64,000 bases of DNA. It comes from Tubiluchus corallicola (taxonomy: Eukaryota; Animalia; Priapulida). The notes under the pieces are model-generated. The model had not been told where the DNA came from and ran no database searches. It saw only the letters and a list, made by a program, of their open reading frames with translations. This document shows, piece after piece, positions 49,201 to 61,200 of this stretch (position 1 is the first letter of the stretch; every line of letters starts with the position of its first letter). The DNA lies in NCBI GenBank assembly GCA_030141605.1, contig JAQGDQ010000373.1, positions 1-64,000 of the forward strand, in the 5' to 3' direction. A program made the translations under genes and the position numbers.

Positions 49201-52200
49201 ACGATACATATCACGATACTAACCTTACGATACACATTAAGTTAACGTTTGCATGCTTCAATAGAAACACTAGATTAAGTTGTTGTTTAATCTAATATAA
49301 ACGTATTAGTATAGTATGTATGTTTATATTAGATTTATCAAACTATCTTAAGCATCCTAAGTACTAAAATACTTCAACAAAATGTTTGATTTCTGTTTAT
49401 ACTCTTGTATTGTTAGCATTGTAAGCCACCAGAAGTGCAAAGCACTTCAACCCTTTTGATTTAAAATATGCTGGTGTGCTTTCTAGTTCTCATTTGCTGC
49501 AAGACATTTCAGAAACGTATAAGACAAACGTAGTTAGTCTGCCATGTATTATTACAAACACATTGTGCGTTCAGTCGCTTGGCTTTGATTGGCTGCTACC
49601 AGCAGGTGCCTGTGCCAAGGTCAAGTGTGCTCCTCTGCCAATGCTGTGCTCACTGAACTGATCATGACCACCGAGCAAGACAGAGTTTAACTCCGTGGTC
49701 ATTATCAGTTCAGTGAGCACAGCACTGGCAGAGGAGCACACTTGACCTTGACACAGGCACCTACTGGTAGCAGCCAACCAAGCCAAGCGGTTGAACGCAC
49801 AATGTGTTTGTAATAATACATGGCAGGCTAACTACGTTTTTCTTATAAGTTTTGATTATATATATATATATATATATATAATTATGAGTGTGTGATTTAT
49901 AAATGTACTTATCTGTAGCTTACTTTATAAATGTAAGCTAACCCATTCATATTATATATATATATATACATATATTATTGTTATTAACAGTAGCTATACT
50001 AGGAATTTACACAGATCAGTATTAGATTAGATTAAATTTATTCGTCTCATTTAAATTTACACATATGATAACATAGAATGTTTGTTTAAGATGATAAACA
50101 CTACATTGAGATGGGGTGGTGAAAGACCAAGAGGTCGCCTAGCAACCACCCCTATTTTTATAACATTAATATTGATTTTGTTAATCGAGTGACACTGTTG
50201 CAAGACGTATTTAATAAATATGTATATTGTAAATTTACAATAAAAACTACATTAATTGTGTTAGTACGTAACAAAATATATGTATTTGTTATCAATTTCT
50301 AATTTATTTAAAGCCTTTCATTAGTGTATGCTAAGTAACAGATAATGAAAATGCCTTAAACAGTTCTAATAGACATAACACAGTAGTACAAACAGACAAT
50401 TCAAACAGGTAAAAAACTAAAACAATCAAAGTTAGTCAATCATTATGTGTACTAAAAGTCTTTACGTACTTCAAAATGGGGCAGGATATCAAAAAATCAT
50501 CTTGTTTTAGTTCGATTTGCTTCAAAGACGTTGAAGCTTGTTCTTGGAGGTCATTTTAATATTTCTTTTAACAGGAATCAATGAAGATAATGGGTTTAGA
50601 CAACTGGCTCCATTGGACGGCGTGGTTTGTTAAATGTCTGACCTTGCTTACAATGACCGTGTGCCTAATGACGATATTTATCAAAATTCCAGTTGGTGAT
50701 TATGGTAGCGTGCTCGCTAACAGCGATCCTACCGTTGTTTTTGTATTTCTCTTTGCTTATGCCATTGGAACAATATCATTTTCTTTCATGGTCAGCGTCT
50801 TCTTCTCAAAAGGTAATTCTTGAATCCATTTGCTTGATTTAACATTTTTTCCATGCCACGCAATTTGTATTGTAGCTCAGGGGCAGATGAAGACTTCACG
50901 GCGCTCTGATAGATCTGTCCTGCCGCCTCTGTTGTGAATTTATGGTTGGTTATGTACTGAACAGATTAAACAATTACTTGTGGTGTGTAAGCAATATTAT
51001 TAACCTATTAAACTTGTCTCTGCATGATCATTGTTAATTACGTATACATGAATAGCGCTTATGTAAAAGCAGGTTGGGCGACTGTTTGTTGTGTAGTACC
51101 TTGCACCTGTTCGTTATATGGCACTTATATAGCAACTGTTCCCAGTAACTGCCTGTGGTGTGTTATACAATGCTTGTTTTACGTGCATATGAACGGATAC
51201 ACATACAAAATTTTTTTCAAAACTGGATGCCACAAATGTCATGCCCCTCAAACTTTGGTGCCCTAGGCTATAACCCATTTAGCCCTTAGGTTAATACGCC
51301 CCTGTTATAGCTGATCTATAGCAATATTTTACAAAAATGGAAAAGTTGCTGTTATACAGATACTGCTACAGACTACAGATTACTGCAACTTTTGTTATAT
51401 CACCTTCAGTTCTACTGTCACAATTATCATTGTCATCCACGCTAGTTTTTGAAACATCTCATAATTTCCACTACTGCTACCGCTGCTAGCTCTTCACCAC
51501 TGCTATTTTCATCAATGCCATCTTCATTCAGTGGCGTCACATGTATAGGTACTGTGGAACTGCAGCACCCCCTGTTTTCACTGAATATAGATAATATTCA
51601 ATATAATCAGTCTCTTTTCTTTAGTTCTTTCTTTATACTTGTACGGCACCAGAGCACCTGTGGGTAGTACTGTTTGCTTCACAGCCCAGCACAGTACGCT
51701 CACAGGTCAAGCAACGTGATGTTTGGCTACTGTGCGCATGCGGCCGTGCGCACATGTCTAAGACAAGGCGCTGTACTTTAGGTAGAAAGAGTGCTGTCGC
51801 TCACGCAGTACGTGTTGTCTGTTGTCATGTGTTTAAAAGTTGCGTATCGGCATATTCTTAAACTGCGTCATTTTAAGCTATTCGTAAGCAAACAATATTT
51901 TTTGTTTAGGATTTTATCAAGTTTGCATATAAATTTTCGTTTGTTTAAAATTACTATTACAACATTAAAGTTGTATATGCTATAGTTAGCTAATGGTAAC
52001 TAAGATATCTAGGTGTTTTCAGGCAAACAGGAAGACATTAATCAGCAGAAATATGAATAAAACTCATAGAACGCTTAACTTATATGATTTAAGCCGTATT
52101 GATTTTTGTCTCTGGAATGTATCTCAATTCTTTCCAGGGAAGTCTTGGCTTCGTTTAATGACGTTTCACTTAGCGTCGCATTTTGTTGGGCTGCATTAGC

Positions 52201-55200
52201 GTCGTTAGACGAGGCCTTCCTGTACAAAGATACATCTGCAGTTTCAGTGTGATTTCTCAGAAGATTATATTTAATAATGTGGCAGACGTACTTTGATCAA
52301 ATTGTAATTTCCTTTTATTTGTCTGTGAATGTAATTTTGTTAGGATTCCTACGTCTGGAAGCAGAAGCCACTAGATAGATTCTGATCTTTTAATACGTCG
52401 GAACGTATCCCGGACACTTCGTTCAAATTCGCTTTCTGGTGAAGACTGCTCAAGTTTAATCAACAGTTTAATACACTTTGTAGCCAGTGATTAAAACCTT
52501 AAGACGTCGTCAATTTTCAAATCATTTAACCTACCGTATTCTCCCAATTTTAACGTTGTCCACCACTCCAGCTGCTTCACTAATAAATACTGAGATAATC
52601 GTAGGCCAGCGTAGATAATAATTAGACCTAAAGTTGAGTCTAGTAGAAAACTGATTATGTACCTGGAAAAACACACCATGTTCTCAATGCAAAGTAGATA
52701 GTTCATTAAAGTTAAGAATTCACTAGTATCACCTACAAAATGCTACAGGGTTTGGCACCTGCATACCTTACTGATCTTTTAAATTTAAAACATTGTAACA
52801 CAGGCCGAACACTTTGTTCTGATGCTAATGAAAAAAATTTATTTAATTTAATTTAATGCTAATAAAAAAAATAAATCAGCCAATTCCTAATACAGTATTC
52901 TGTGGTAAAACCGCTTTTCTGTTATTACATCTTTGTAATAACTTGCCTGTTCTATACAGTCTACAAATTCATTGGATTGTTTTAAACCACATCTTAAAAC
53001 ACATTTGTTTAAATTGTACTTTTTGCGATAAATTATTTTTAAATTTTATTATCTTTATGTTTCTTATGAATTTTAAATGTATTCTTTTTTGTGCTGAGAT
53101 TTTAAATGATGTAGTATTATATCAGTAAATGTGCACATTTCAAACACCCATGATTATAGCTACACAAATTACTAATTATTACAGTAAATAGAAAGCAAAC
53201 ATGCTACAGGTAATGATGGAACAAACCTGCCTTTTGAAATCAGACTTTACAAAATGAAAAAAATGTGAGAAGTTAGTGCAGAGCCTGGATTTGAAATGGG
53301 TACCCTTTGACCTGATTTATGCGTACGGACTAATTAATGGAAAACGAATTAAATAATAGATTAAAAACTTAATTAACGGCAGGCGAGCCCAACTATTGAT
53401 GACATCCCAAACTAACATAATTTTCAACAGTAAAAATATTCCATTAGCGTGTTGCACATGTTTGCCAAAACGGAAATTGAAGTACAGTGCTACTGTAAGA
53501 TATTCAGTGTTTTGTACTAAAGCTAAGCAAGTTTTTAGATAAAAATTGAAATTTTGAATTTACCGCTGTGCTTCTGCATGAACTCTCAAGTGTGCAGTTT
53601 GTCAGTTCCTGCTGGAGGTGCAGCACCTGTTTTTTGTGCAATGCATTTTCGAAATACAGGCGCTGGTGCCCGTCTAACAAGCGAATGGCAAAATGCATGT
53701 AACAGCACGAAAATTGAAGTACATTTTACATTACATCTATGTTGTTGTTTTTACAGCAAATACGGCTGCCGCATCATCCGGTCCAATCTTCTTCTTGTTC
53801 TTTGTTCCGTACTTGTTCATCCAGCCGCGGTACGATACGCTAACTTTGCACCAGAAACTTGGACTCAGTCTTATCTTGAACACCGGCATGGCGCTGGGAG
53901 CGCAGGTTATTGGACTTCTTGAAGGACACGGTAAGGTAAAACGGAATTAATTAACTGTAAATAATTATAGGCAGGCTTTAACTCTTTACTGGCGATGGGT
54001 TAACATATGTGAGCCTATAACCCTACATGGTGTCTGAGTAAATGCACCGCCAGAGTTTAAAATATTTGACGCACAAGCAACTAGGGGGTCTGGGGGAGCG
54101 CTGTTCTCTCCCCCAGCGGGGTCAGGTGTGGAGCCCCGACCACCAACGCATTTTCATGTATTTAACGATATTTTGGAGGCGTCAAATGAGATCTAAATTC
54201 TGATACATAAACTTCTTGAAATGTGAAAAATTCTGCTTTAATAAAAGTATTTTACCTACATTTACCTAAGCAATACTCATTGTTTTCTACTGTAGTAGTC
54301 ACATATCTTAAAAGCAAACTCGTAATGCACTGCAATGTGGATGGCCCATTATTTAAGCTTAATTTATTTAGTGTTAAGCCTTAAGGTTATCTATTCAGCA
54401 AAAATGTGGAAAGTCAAGCATAAAACTGATTTGAGACTGTTAAGTTTTCAACCCACCCACTGTTCATACAAAATTTAATAAGTTTTACGGTGCTTGCTAA
54501 TTTTTGCCACCGGACACAGTTAAACAGCAGAACGTCTTGGCCACACATGCATTTTACTGCATTTTAGACCCTTTTGCGGTTGCTAGAAGCCATTTCTTCA
54601 GGCAAGTTCACTAGTTTAATACTCATTATTGCCCAAACAGCGTTCGCCTGCCGGCACCCGTGTATCTGAGGGTTAAACAAAAGTGTTATTGACAGCCCAC
54701 ACCGGGAACCTAGTACATTCCGCATTTTGAAAACAAATTCAATTCAATTCTAATTTTATTGAAATTGATTTGCAAGAAATTTTAATCCAAATGAAAACTA
54801 GCGGAACTACTTTTTTGCTAGTACAACTTTGTAAACCAATAATCTAAAAACCACTTTTAATATTTATTTATTTCTTCTACATAATAATAAAGCACCATTT
54901 AGCGTGTATTTTTTTCCAAATTTTAAGGTTTTCCATTAAACAGTTGCCTCCTGGCATGCAAAAACAGTTTTTCCTCTTTTTCCTCAAAACTACTTGAAGT
55001 GGACTTATTAAGTATTTCCTGAAAACTGGAGATTTGTCACGTTTCAGCTTGGTATTTGTCACCGGGGTAGGGATATAGTTCAATGGTAGCATGCTATCTT
55101 CCCACACGGGAGGTCACGGGTTCAACTCCCGATCGAGTCATACTAAAGACTTAGATATGGTATTGCTGGTTATTCGACCAATCACGCGGGTTTATCGAAG

Positions 55201-58200
55201 TAACATGCGTGTAATAATAATCGGCAGTACCTTAGAAATAAGTACTGAGTTACTTAAAGGAAGGCGGGATGATTTTTCATATACTACCCCATTTTCAAAT
55301 CCAATGACAGGTATACATTTTAACACAATTAATACTGCAAAAGCGTTTCTGATAATTAAATTATGGATGAAAAACTTAATTAACGGTGGGCGAGCCCAAC
55401 TATTCGTGACATCACAAACTAACATAATTTTCAACGGCAAAAGTATTCCACTAGCGTGTTGCACATGTTTGCGAAGGAGAAAATTGAAGTACAGCGCTAC
55501 TGTAAGATATTCGGTATTCAGTGAGTTTTTGGATAACAATTTAAATTTCAAACTTATCGCTGTGCTCCTTTCGAAGGTGTGTAGTTCGTCAGAAACTAAC
55601 ACATCTGAACTGGGAGGTACAGCACCTGTTTTTGTGCATTGCGTTTCCAAAACACAAGCACTGGTGTCCGTCTGACTAGCGAATGGCAAAATGCATGTAA
55701 CAGCGAAGAACTAGTGGCGCGAACGTGAAGTTGTGTTTGTGTGTTAATAATTCTTCCACGTAAATCATTCTTGAAAAAATAGCATGTTCCCTTTCAATAT
55801 TTTAAAGAGTAGATTGTTTTCACCTACAGTTTAAAACTGGGTTCGGTTTTATTTTAACGTGTTATCACTTGACTGTGTCCTAAATCAAATTATTATTGTT
55901 CGTAGGTTCCGGAGTGCAGTGGAATAACTTTGCTAAGCCTGTTTCTGTTGACGATAATTTTACCATGTTTAACGTCGTCTGTATGATGCTAGTAGACGCT
56001 GTACTCTATGCCTTGATAACATGGTATGTGGAGGGGATATTTCCCGGAGAATTTGGTGTGCCTCTTCCCCTTCACTTCCCATTTATGGTAAATCGTATTT
56101 TACTCATCGTGTATTTTACAATCAGAATTCATTCAAGTGAATTCACATTCATTTTAGTCACTCCTGCTTGTCTGTTTGTGTGTCTGATTGCTGTGTGTGT
56201 CTGTCTCTGTGTCACAGGGACACACCTGATCTTTTCATTTTGCTTGTGTTTATTGCAGCCGTCTTACTGGTTTCCATATTTGTATCGTGCGAATTCCAAA
56301 TCAGAAGCGTATGCCGTGCCCGAACCGCGGGGGAGTTTCTGTGAAAAGCCACCTGCTGATCTGTTTGCTGGGATAAAGATGAACGGATTACGTAAGGTGA
56401 ATTTTTCGGGAGTCATACGTAGCTTCTAACTCGTTTGTCACGATGAAAAGAATCAGATAATTAACAGTACAGTAAGTCCTCGTTTAACGACGTTTCGTTT
56501 TAACAACGCTGAACATTTCACAACGTTTTACTTTGCTCACAGCCATTTTTTATTTTATCAACAAGTTTTTTTACCTAATTTGAAGTATTAAATAAGTGTT
56601 ATCATGTCCTAAAATAAATTAGTATTGTAATTAGTGCAATTACAATATTTTTGCTTCTCAACTGGCTTCGTACTAAATTCCAGCCATTTGCATCAAGCGG
56701 CACCCGAGTTTAAACACTGTGCCAATGAATTTTGTCTCTAACCTGTTGCTATAACAACCAGATTAGCGCCACATGAAATTGTCTCAAGGTCGCACCTACG
56801 TAGAGACAGAGCTTGGCTTTCACTGCGTAGTGTTTAACATGTAGTGTTTAAACGGGAGGAGAAATCGCTAACGAGTCTTGCTAGATACTGCTAAGAAAGA
56901 TAGGTGGTTTTAAGCTTACAGGTAGAATTGAATAGAAATGTGAATAAAACTCATAAAACGCCTAATTTATATGGCTTCAGTATTGATTTATTGATTTTTG
57001 GTTCTGAAACATATCTCAGTTCATTTAAGGCACTTCCTATGGAAGTTTTGGTTTCGTTTAACGACGTTTCGCTTAACGTCGTGTTTTGCTGGAACGCATT
57101 AGCGGCGTTAAGCGAGAACTTACTGTATTTATTTGTTCCTCACTTGATATGATGATTCTTTCTTTCTCTTTCTCACCATCCTCCTGGTAGATTTTCATCT
57201 GTCAGCCGGCGAACATTTGTGTTCGCCATGAGTTACTTGAGCAAAAAGTACTTCAGTGACTTGCTAGGTCTATCCTGAAGGATTTGGTCCACAGCTCCTT
57301 ATTTGAATATTCGGAGCACCCTGGCTCGTGAGCCAGGGGTCCCCCATCCGCCACCCGGGGGATGCGCCCGGTAGGGGTTTACTCTACCTGATGATGATTA
57401 GCTATTGATTTTTTTGATGTCGGATTATTGATTTTTCCGAACAGTCTTGTGCAGTTTTGTGTATGATTGCCTTTGTGTTAAGCTTGTTAAAAATTTAAAC
57501 TTGTTAAACTTTTTTCTCTGGGAAAATATGTCCTTAAGACGTTTCCTTATTCCTTCTAAGCTTGTAGTCAGTACCTGATTTGAACTATTGTGAAACGCCA
57601 TTCACGACCTAGCGCAGGGGTGTGTAAATTATCTGACTAGCCGGGCCACATTAAACTTTCCCGCAATTCCTGCGGGCCACAGGCAGTTTGATCAAGGAGC
57701 CAAGTACAGAAAGGCTTAATAACGATTTTTTTGCATCCGACCCGCGTACATCATTACTACTACACTTAAGAAACTATTTTAGAAGTTATTAAAATTTATA
57801 TTACAAACCATATATTTCTACTTTCAGGACAGGTAGTGATAATTTCATTACAATGCATATTAGTAATGTGTATCACACAGTCTGAGTAGTATGGTGACAT
57901 TAAGCTACAACCGTCTTGTAAGGGTTAATGGCGTCCGATTTAGTAGAAAAAACTACCCGCACTATCTTTGGGATCGTGGTACGGACTTCAGCTGGATACA
58001 CTCAGTTAATCGCCCGGGCCGCACTTTCATTAGGTTGACAAATCTCTTCGCGGGCCACTCAAATTCTCTCGGCGGGCCGCAAGTGGCCTGCGGGCCTCAA
58101 TTTGCTCACCCCTGACCTAGAGTGTGTGTATATAGTTTTTTGTAATCGCTTCGTAAGTCTAACCATGCATCATAGCTGGTATGGAAAACAATTCAGGCAT

Positions 58201-61200
58201 TCAAAAGGGGAAGGTAGAGAAAAGGGAAATGAGGAAATCATTCCACCTCTGCAAATGTGAAAGTGAACTACAACATTGTTTTTACTGCAGTTTAGTTTTT
58301 GATTAGTAAACAAATCATTCTGTCTTCTGATGCGTTTCACAAAATAAACGAAAACCATTCTTTCTGACGCCTGATGTTCTAAAGTCTTTTCTGCTAGGTT
58401 ATGACTTCACACTTTACAATTCGACCAAAAACCTATTTGACACGTTGCATGACACACATACAACAACATCTTATTCAATTCCATTTTCATGTAAAACATA
58501 AGTTACAACTCTTAGTTAAATATCAACAGAGAAAGACAAGCTTAGGAACAGTTTATCACGAGCAATTCTTGGAAATGTTTTTTTAAAACTTGAATTATTT
58601 GATATGGCAGGTGTTATTGAACGTATCTATTGGTTTTCCTCTTGAGTCGAGTAAGTTGTAGTTCTCACGGAAAAATTTCTGAGTTGAGAACTCCACAGAT
58701 AAGAAGTCCGAGGAAAATCTGAATTTATAAGCGTGTTATACTTAATAGGTGCTGTGGGTGGCAGATTCTACCTTACCTGTTTTGGAAAAAAAGACGATTG
58801 GTCGCCGCCGAGTGAAAATTCGTTCTGAAATTTACTTTTTGTTTAAGTTTCGTTCGTTTTTTAGGTGTTTGGTGAGAAAGTTGCTGTGGCCAATCTGACG
58901 GTTAGTGCACACGAAGGTCAGATTACTGTGCTGCTGGGGCACAACGGTGCAGGAAAATCAACGACAATGTGCATGCTCACAGGTTTGCTTCATAATCATT
59001 TAACCTACTTCAGTTTCTATACTCTTTTGATAAAATAACCAAGACATTTGAAAATAGGTTTTTGGAATTATTTGGTTTATACGCTGATGTTTTTCTTGGC
59101 AATTGAACTTTATTAAAATCCAAAAATTGTGTTTATGTCTCCTCTCTAAATATTCATTAAAAAAATGGGTTATGTAGTTTAGCAGCAGACTAAGCACTTT
59201 TCTTACAGCCACCTATCCATTTACTAACCAGAGCAAGCATCTTTACTTTCGTTGAATTATTTTCCACCATGATCATTCAGCTGTTCCATTCGCCCAAGAC
59301 ATGTTGAAATTTATTAGATAATTATCTTGTGATTTTTATAAGGTCCAGTTGTAATTCAAACTTATAAGCACAGAGCATTAAAAATGCAGTAAGTCCTCGC
59401 TTAACGACACTAATGCGTTCCAGCAAAATGCGACGTTAAGTGAAACGTTGTTAAACGAAGCCAAGACTTCCATAGAAAATAATGTAAAAGAATTGGAATA
59501 TGTTCCTGAGGTTAAAATCAATGCTGCTTAAATCACAAAAATTAAATGTTTTATGAGTTTTTCTCATGTTTCTACTGATTAATTTCTTTCTGCTTGCTTG
59601 AAACCACCCATATATCTTACTTACCATTACCTAGCTGTAGCGGTTTCCATTTTGTTAGTGTTTAAGTCTAAGCAGCGGTTAAGCAATGAACACTGCAGCA
59701 GAGTCAAAGCCAAGCCCTAGGGGCGGCCTTGGGAATTTTATCTACATACAGTCAACCCTCGTTAAACCGGACTAATTAGGGGGTGGTCCGGTTTAGCCGA
59801 TTGTCCGATTTATCCGATATGCATATATATGGTCTATATTATACAGGAATAATCACCTTAATAAGGCCTATATACATTGTACTATATACTATACTGTATA
59901 TTACTTTAAAATAGTCAACCTGTGAGGATAAAGAAATTATTGTACAGTTGGTAGGCCGTGTTGTGTTTAGCGCTCGGGCTCGGACGGAAATCGGTCAGTT
60001 TCCTTTACCACGGATGACGTCCGTCTTATCCGATATCCGGGCCAACGGGGTCCGATTTGACGAGGGTCGACTGTACTTGGTCTGGTTGCTATAGCAACAT
60101 GTTGCAGGCAAAATTCCTTGCATAAAGTTTGCTCGCAGGTCTCACTTAATGTAAACGGCAAAACATTTAGTCGTCAGACGGAAGCAAAACTTATATAATA
60201 ATTGAGTATTTATGTTACCAGTGCGGTTTTTTGAACAGAATAACGCAATATTTTCTTGTTTAATTCATGAAATTTTAGCTAAAAACTTGTTGATAAAGTA
60301 AAAACTGGCTTTGAGCAAAGTAAAAAAAGTCGTCGTTTAAACAAAACGGTGTGTCGTTAAAGTGTCAAATGTTCAGCATCGTTGAAACGAAGCATCGCTA
60401 AACGGGGAGTCGTTAAGCGAGGACTTACTGTACTTCTAATTTTATGGTGCTTACGTCATATTCTAAGTACTTTTAGTACGGCAGTTTGCCTTTGGTTGTT
60501 TGCATAGGGTTGTATCCGCCCACGAGTGGTACAGCAATTATCAATGGCCATGACATCGTACACGACATCCGGAGAGCTAGAGAAAGTTTAGGTCTGTGTT
60601 TACAGCACGACGTTTTGTTCGAAAACCTAACCGTAGAGGAGCATCTTATTTTTTTCTCTAAGGTACATCAATTTCACTGATTTTGTGACCTCAATTTTAA
60701 AGAATTTAATTTTTAGGCATGTGTACCAAGGCGAGGCCAGGGACAGTTTTACCAATAGACTAACTAGGTTGTATCCTAGGCCACCAGGTTTTGAGGTTTG
60801 CCACATTTTAGGGGCTCAGTAGTAAAAAATTCTTATTCTCCGAAAATGCATATGACTTTCACAGTCATGTAAAACATGTATTTTGTAACACACCACAAGC
60901 AGTTAGTAAGTCTTCTTTTACTTGAGAGCCCATTAAACAATATATGTACGTAATTCATAGGTCAACAAAACTATAATGACATTAGAAATTGCAGGGTGAA
61001 TATAACAAGTTAGTACATGTTCTGAGCTGGGTATAGGCAAGTCCTATATTGCATTGAATTGAATTTATTTGTCTCATATGAGAGCGACAAGGTGCAGAAA
61101 GACGCTACCAAGCATCCACCCCTATAGTGATAAAAGTGTATGTTAGTGGCGTTAGTATTTAAGTAACCTATTTTTTAATTGGAATTATTATAGATTGTCA

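Noticed and set aside
55063-55135. Functional tRNA gene
   Set aside because: A and B boxes are present, but the acceptor stem does not pair and the 3' side continues as SINE-like body.
55091-55689. Overlapping 194-aa (+) and 165-aa (-) ORFs
   Set aside because: They span a SINE head and an R9 repeat with no recognisable motif, and the second R9 copy does not keep the frames.
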